A DNA stretch of 63,916 nt, counting the filler, from Saprolegnia diclina VS20 (taxonomy: Eukaryota): assembly GCF_000281045.1 (NCBI RefSeq). It is 10 parts of 2 records of this genome, joined end to end, with 100 filler letters (N's around TTAATTAATTAA, not from the genome) between each part and the next. Parts side by side here need not be neighbours in the genome. Positions count along the whole stretch, not along the records: positions 43,839 to 62,793 come from NW_008246155.1; positions 62,894 to 63,916 come from NW_008246167.1; 8 more parts are not named here. One strand, given 5' to 3'. The first letter of the stretch is position 1; each line of letters begins with the position of its first letter. A program made the position numbers and the translations under genes. The notes below the pieces were generated by a model. That model saw only the letters and a program-made list of their open reading frames with translations. It made no database searches and was not told the origin of the DNA. Shown here in pieces: positions 59,133 to 63,916 of the stretch.

Positions 59133-61642
59133 TTAGACCGAAACGTCGGTCGTTGGACTCGCGGCTGCGTCGTCGAGCTCCTTCTGAATCGCGTCGGCTT
59201 CCGAGCCCGAGGTCGGCTGGTACTGAGGTTGTTTGGCCTTGCGGGGCCGGCGGCGCTTGGCGAGCACAACCCCAAGCGCAACGACAACGACGAGTGACAC
59301 CAGGCCGATCGCTGCGACCACCGTCGGTGTCAACGCCGCATTCGTCAGTCCGTCTACACTGCAGATGAGATGCGAGGTATCCACAAAGCGTACCTCGAGA
59401 GACGACCGAAGCGACTTTGTCCGCTGACACGCGCACCGTCTTGGTCTACAGACAAGTTGTCCATTATTCTCACAACGCGTCATCGACATGTCGTACGGTC
59501 GCGTAAAAATGCGTTTGGCCTCGGATGCGGTATCCATTTGACGTCGCTTCGTACCTATCCAGTGTACATTGGATACTACGATCCCCGCATCGATGCGAGC
59601 GTACATGGGGTCGGTGCGCGCGTTCACGAGGTGGCTCTGCGGACGCACGGACGGGGACGGGTTTGCTTGCGCCGCCCAATCCTACAAAATGCTCATCGTA
59701 ACAGACAATGTCTTGATGTCGACAATGGACGTACCTGGTCCACGATAGCAGCGACGCGAACGTACAAGGCGCCGGTCGCACTCGCATTCGTAGGGAGCGG
59801 AATGTACTCCATAAAGAACGGACCGGTCGAGGCGTTTTGGTTGGCCGACGGCGGTGTCGCACCGTGGACATAGTACCCGCGCCTACATACCGTTTGTGAA
59901 TAACCTTATATATCATTAGTTTGACGCTGATGGTACCGGGTGCGGCCTTGGTGCGAGGGGTAGGTTTGAGTCGCTACCCCAAAAACGATCAGTCCACCGA
60001 ATGAACGAGGCAGTGCGAACTCGACGCTGGGAATTCCGGGTCACTGGACACTTGTACAAAGGTCGCATCCACTTGAAAGCTGCCGAGGACCTCCCACCCA
60101 AGTCGGAGATGCGTCGTCGTCACCGAGACGAGGCAGTCGTCACCAAGAAGGCAGTCGACAACAACGTCGGTCGGGCCTGCGACCGGCGCCGCCACCGTGT
60201 TCCACTAACCACAACGTTCATGTGTCTGTGCTTGTAGCTGCGATCGGTACCTCGGTCGTCGTTGAGAGCCAGCGAACGTAGGGCTGCACCATGTCGATGA
60301 GGAGGAGCCCGAGACGCACGTTTTGAGGGACGTGGCCTTCGGGTGACAGGGCGAGCGCCTACGCAGGACGCGTCATGACACATATTCTAGCGTGTAGGTA
60401 CCTGCAGATCCGCGCTGTAGATCGACCGTTTGGCGCCAAGACTGGACGGTGACGGCTGCTTGGCATCGGAGGTTTCAACGAGAATATTGACCGCGCGGTG
60501 CGTGGCGTTGTTGTAGACTGTCTTGTCCGATGGATACCCGCCGTACTGCGACGGCGTGCACGGCGTAAACACGGGCTCGGACGCAAAGGCATTCTCCCAT
60601 GACGCAGCGTACCTACAGTCAAATTGCGTGTTTCTAGACACAGAAAGGTCAACGTACGCCCAGTCTTCCATGCCGCCATAGACACCGTAGACCACATCGT
60701 TCATCGTGCCCGTCGGGTAGTACGTGCCATCGGCAAACGGGCCGGCAAAGCGCGCAAGCGCATCGCCGAGCTGCACTTGGCTCGTGTCGTCGGGCGACCG
60801 CTCGCTTCGGCCGCCTGTGGTATGCATCAGTCCATCACCCAACGTCGAGGTCTCGCGTACTGGTCATGTGGTTGGGCGAGCCCCATTCGTAAGTGACGCA
60901 GCGCATGCCACCGTGAAAGGTCACGGCCAGCTGAAACAGATGGGCACGCCAGACTTCGTTCACGGCGCGGCTACGTTGACGTGTCATTGGCGAAGAAACT
61001 ATCTTGGCCAAGAAGACCTACCTTGTCATGGCCTCCATGCAGCGGCCGTCCGCCTTGTAGTTGTAGTCGCGGTTCGGATCAACGCCATTCTCTTCGCGCG
61101 TGTGCTGGAAATACCCAAACGCATTGGTCATCGGCATGAGGTAGACTGCGCGGGTGTTGACGAGGCTACATGACGTTGCAGTCATGGCGGTGAGTGGCGT
61201 AGACGGGCACGTACCGCCAGATCCACTCTTGTGTCGACCGCACGCTGGCGTCATTCGATGGCGCAGTCACGTACGCATCGGCGAACGACGCCAGGAGCAG
61301 CGCGAGCTCGATCGTCGCCTGAGGCCCCACGCGCTCGTCGCCGTGCAGCGCGCCGCTAAAGAAGACCTGCGGCCGGTCCGCCGTGAGCGTCGACTCGTTC
61401 GTGATGCGCAGCACGTATTGCTTGCACGGCGCCGGCGCGTTCACTTCCTCGCATTGCAGCTCAGGCGGGTACGGCAGGTTATACCGGTCTTGCGCGACAA
61501 AGAGGTCCACGAGGCCCGGCGACGTGGCGTTGAGCGTCTTCATCGTCGCGACCATCTCGGCGTACGTGCGGTAGGCAAAGACGTCGGCGGCGATCGCGGC
61601 GCCAGCGGCCGCCAGCAGCAGCAGCACCGGCCGCAGCATCAT
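59133..61642 (-). CDS. M14 zinc carboxypeptidase with signal peptide and C-terminal TM anchor (multi-exon)
   Basis: HxxE 'GALHGDERVG', 'REENGVDPNRDY', 'VTFHGG' and 'GGMEDWAY'; TM 'VVAAIGLVSLVVVVALGVVL' followed by a basic tail. Confidence 0.88.
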
Positions 61643-62057
61643 TAAGTGCAAACTGGCAGCTTCGAACACTCGCGGTATCCGGATATTCACACGTGGGAAA
61701 CGCCGTGTGTTTTGCTGACGTGAAAAAGGCAGCGTGTCAAATGACGTGGCATTGTGCGCGTTTGGTTGCGCTGCAGCAAAATCCGCCGATGACGCTTGCT
61801 CGAGCACAGCGTGTATGCAAGGACAAGCTCGACGATGCGCCTTCCCTGCAAGTCCTGAGCTTCCCAATGCGTCAACTAGGCAGCGACAGCAGAAGACAAG
61901 ACGGCGAGACTAGCAAATGTGCTGTAAACGACTAGCATGTTAACCTACTAGTAGTCCGTACAACGCATCGGCACTAGTTTCCGCGTCCAAAGCGGGTCGT
62001 GTTAAACGAGTAGTCAATTGTGTACAGTATTAGTTAAACACTATTTTCACGACGTTT

Positions 62058-62792
62058 CTACTTCTTCGAGCCTCCACCAAAGTGCTGCGACCAAAAGAGG
62101 TACCCGCCGCCCATGACCATGGCCAGTCCTACGACGGTAAACATCGTACCGACGGCGCCGAGCGCGTCGGCCGACCGTTCTTGGCGTTGCACAAGGCCCT
62201 CTTGCCCGCCGTAGACGACAAAGCTCGGGCGGCCTTGCAAATGACGGTGCCCCGGCGGCGCCAGCGTCCACGACAGCGTCGGCGCGCCCGTCTCGCCGTA
62301 CACGAGCGCACTTTCGACGATGCCAATGCCCGACACCACGTCGTTGTTGGGGATCGTGCGCTCGGCGGTGCGGTACCCGAGCGTCTTGCGGCGCGGCTCG
62401 TCGCCGCCAAGCACCGAGATGTTGGTGTCCTTGGCTGGCGCGAAAGCATCTTCGCCCTTGCGGTAGAGCATGCCAAAGTAAGACGGGTGGCTGAGCACGA
62501 CGCGGCGGCCGTCGTGCGCGTCCACGGCCACGTTACCGCCGACCTCAGACGACGCGACTTGGTGCTCGGACTGCATGACGAGGCCGTCGCGCGCGACCTC
62601 CTCCGTCACTTGATATGTCACCGACCGAATGCGAATAGCGTCGGCGGTCGCAGCCTCGACGCGCCGGGCGAGTGCGCTCTTGAAGAGCGGCTGGTTCACG
62701 GCGGCGAGGCGGCCCGTGAACTGCACGTACGCCGTCGTGCCGGGTGTTGTTGGCACTTGCGGCAGCGATTCAAAGGGCAGGCTCGCTCGCAC
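62058..62792 (-). CDS. GIDE-domain (MUL1/MAPL-like) membrane protein, 5' truncated, no RING
   Basis: 'SSEV...V.D...RVV' and 'TLGYRTAERTIP....V.GIG' followed by 'PSFVV' and a C-terminal TM; stop follows shortly after the TM. Confidence 0.5.
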   Translation of the reverse strand: MRASLPFESLPQVPTTPGTTAYVQFTGRLAAVNQPLFKSALARRVEAATADAIRIRSVTYQVTEEVARDGLVMQSEHQVASSEVGGNVAVDAHDGRRVVLSHPSYFGMLYRKGEDAFAPAKDTNISVLGGDEPRRKTLGYRTAERTIPNNDVVSGIGIVESALVYGETGAPTLSWTLAPPGHRHLQGRPSFVVYGGQEGLVQRQERSADALGAVGTMFTVVGLAMVMGGGYLFWSQHFGGGSKK

Positions 62793-63011
62793 ANNNNNNN
62801 NNNNNNNNNNNNNNNNNNNNNNNNNNNNNNNNNNNNNTTAATTAATTAANNNNNNNNNNNNNNNNNNNNNNNNNNNNNNNNNNNNNNNNNNNNACAGTGT
62901 AGTGATGATAGCTCACACGCATCTCTGCAATAAGGTCGTCTGCCTAGCACCAATTAAAATACATAATCCATATGATTTCATCGTTCTTACCAGCCCACTC
63001 CCCCGGAGCCT

Positions 63012-63040
63012 AGTCTGTCTGTCTGTCCGTCTGTCTGTCT
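63012..63040 (+). repeat. (GTCT)n microsatellite
   Basis: About 7 units. Confidence 0.8.
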
Positions 63041-63916
63041 CTCTTCGTGGCTTTCGATAGGACCCCTGGGTCACCCGGGGTCAAGGCCCACCCTAGGGTG
63101 GATCCGCCCATGATGGACATGCTCAATTGCGAGGAGGAAGACGTCTTCTGTCGCCACGATGAAGTGGCATTCGGGTACAATATCCCATGCAAGCATGATA
63201 CCCAACGTTTTGTCGCCAACAAGGCGGCGTACCGGTACTATGCCCTATAAGTGTCCCGGTAGGATCTGGATAGACCCGGACCCCCTCGACCCCAAGGCCC
63301 TCCGAGTTTTGGCCCACGCTTCGATCCGTGGTTATGTATCGCGTCGTGTCGCTCAAGCTACGTCATTTCTGCCCGTGTGCCGATGTTGTCTCCTCGTCCC
63401 TTTTTTTTTTGATGTGCGGCCCTTGCCTACTTACTGCAAGAGTTCTTTCTTGCACAAACCTCATTGAGCAACGCGGAAGACACAGGCTCCAGCGCTCCTG
63501 CCCAAAAGAGGGCGGAGGCCGAGATCGTGCGCGGGCAAAGCCTCGGCACGCGCCACTCAGAAGACCAGTATCTTTTCATATCCCACTCCACTATCGATGG
63601 GAGACATGACCATTAGTTTCACTCCCTCTCAACAAGAGGTTTCCTTCCAGCCCACTCCAGGAACCTAGTTTCCATTGTATCCTTGATCAGAGTGTGGCAA
63701 GTGAAGCACGTTCGTCTGGTAATTCAATTTTTAGAAGACCATTTTCACCCGGCAGTCAACTTCTAGTAACACTGGCATCGTATAACATGAATAAATTTGA
63801 CGTTGTCTATGCTCCCCACGTGGAGCGGGCTGCGATGATGTCGTCGACCCGCTGGCGGATCCACTCGACCACGTCGTCTTTGGTCTGACCACCGTTGACG
63901 CGAACAGCGTCGATGT

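Overview
Eukaryotic sequence, inferred to be an oomycete, probably Saprolegniales-like. The basis is GC-rich CDS, 45-60 nt GT-AG introns, GCTCATTYYN(C/G)A(A/T)TTT-type Inr/FPR core promoters, and START-FYVE and C-x4-C-x9-C-x2-H finger genes. The window is a pseudo-scaffold: contigs are joined by 100-nt N-TTAATTAATTAA-N spacers, so adjacency across spacers is not proof of linkage. The left ~44 kb is a repeat-rich accessory region. It holds a decayed tyrosine-recombinase (DIRS/Ngaro-type) retrotransposon, a cluster of at least 4 Uma2-like PD-(D/E)xK nuclease-fold genes with patch-wise hypervariable codons, two SABATH-type carboxyl methyltransferases, and L1/Tx1 and RTE LINE fragments. It also holds a cluster of ankyrin-less TRP(V/A)-like channel genes showing inverted duplication and apparent gene conversion. 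The right ~19 kb is gene-dense: PhyH-type dioxygenase, an ASC-1/Rqt4-like protein with half a Zn-finger, PIGA, LSM12, an expansin-like protein, an inverted pair of GT4-like glycosyltransferases around a MITE, a secreted PT-repeat protein, an M14 carboxypeptidase and a GIDE-like membrane protein. All family calls come from motif recognition by eye; no database searches were run.
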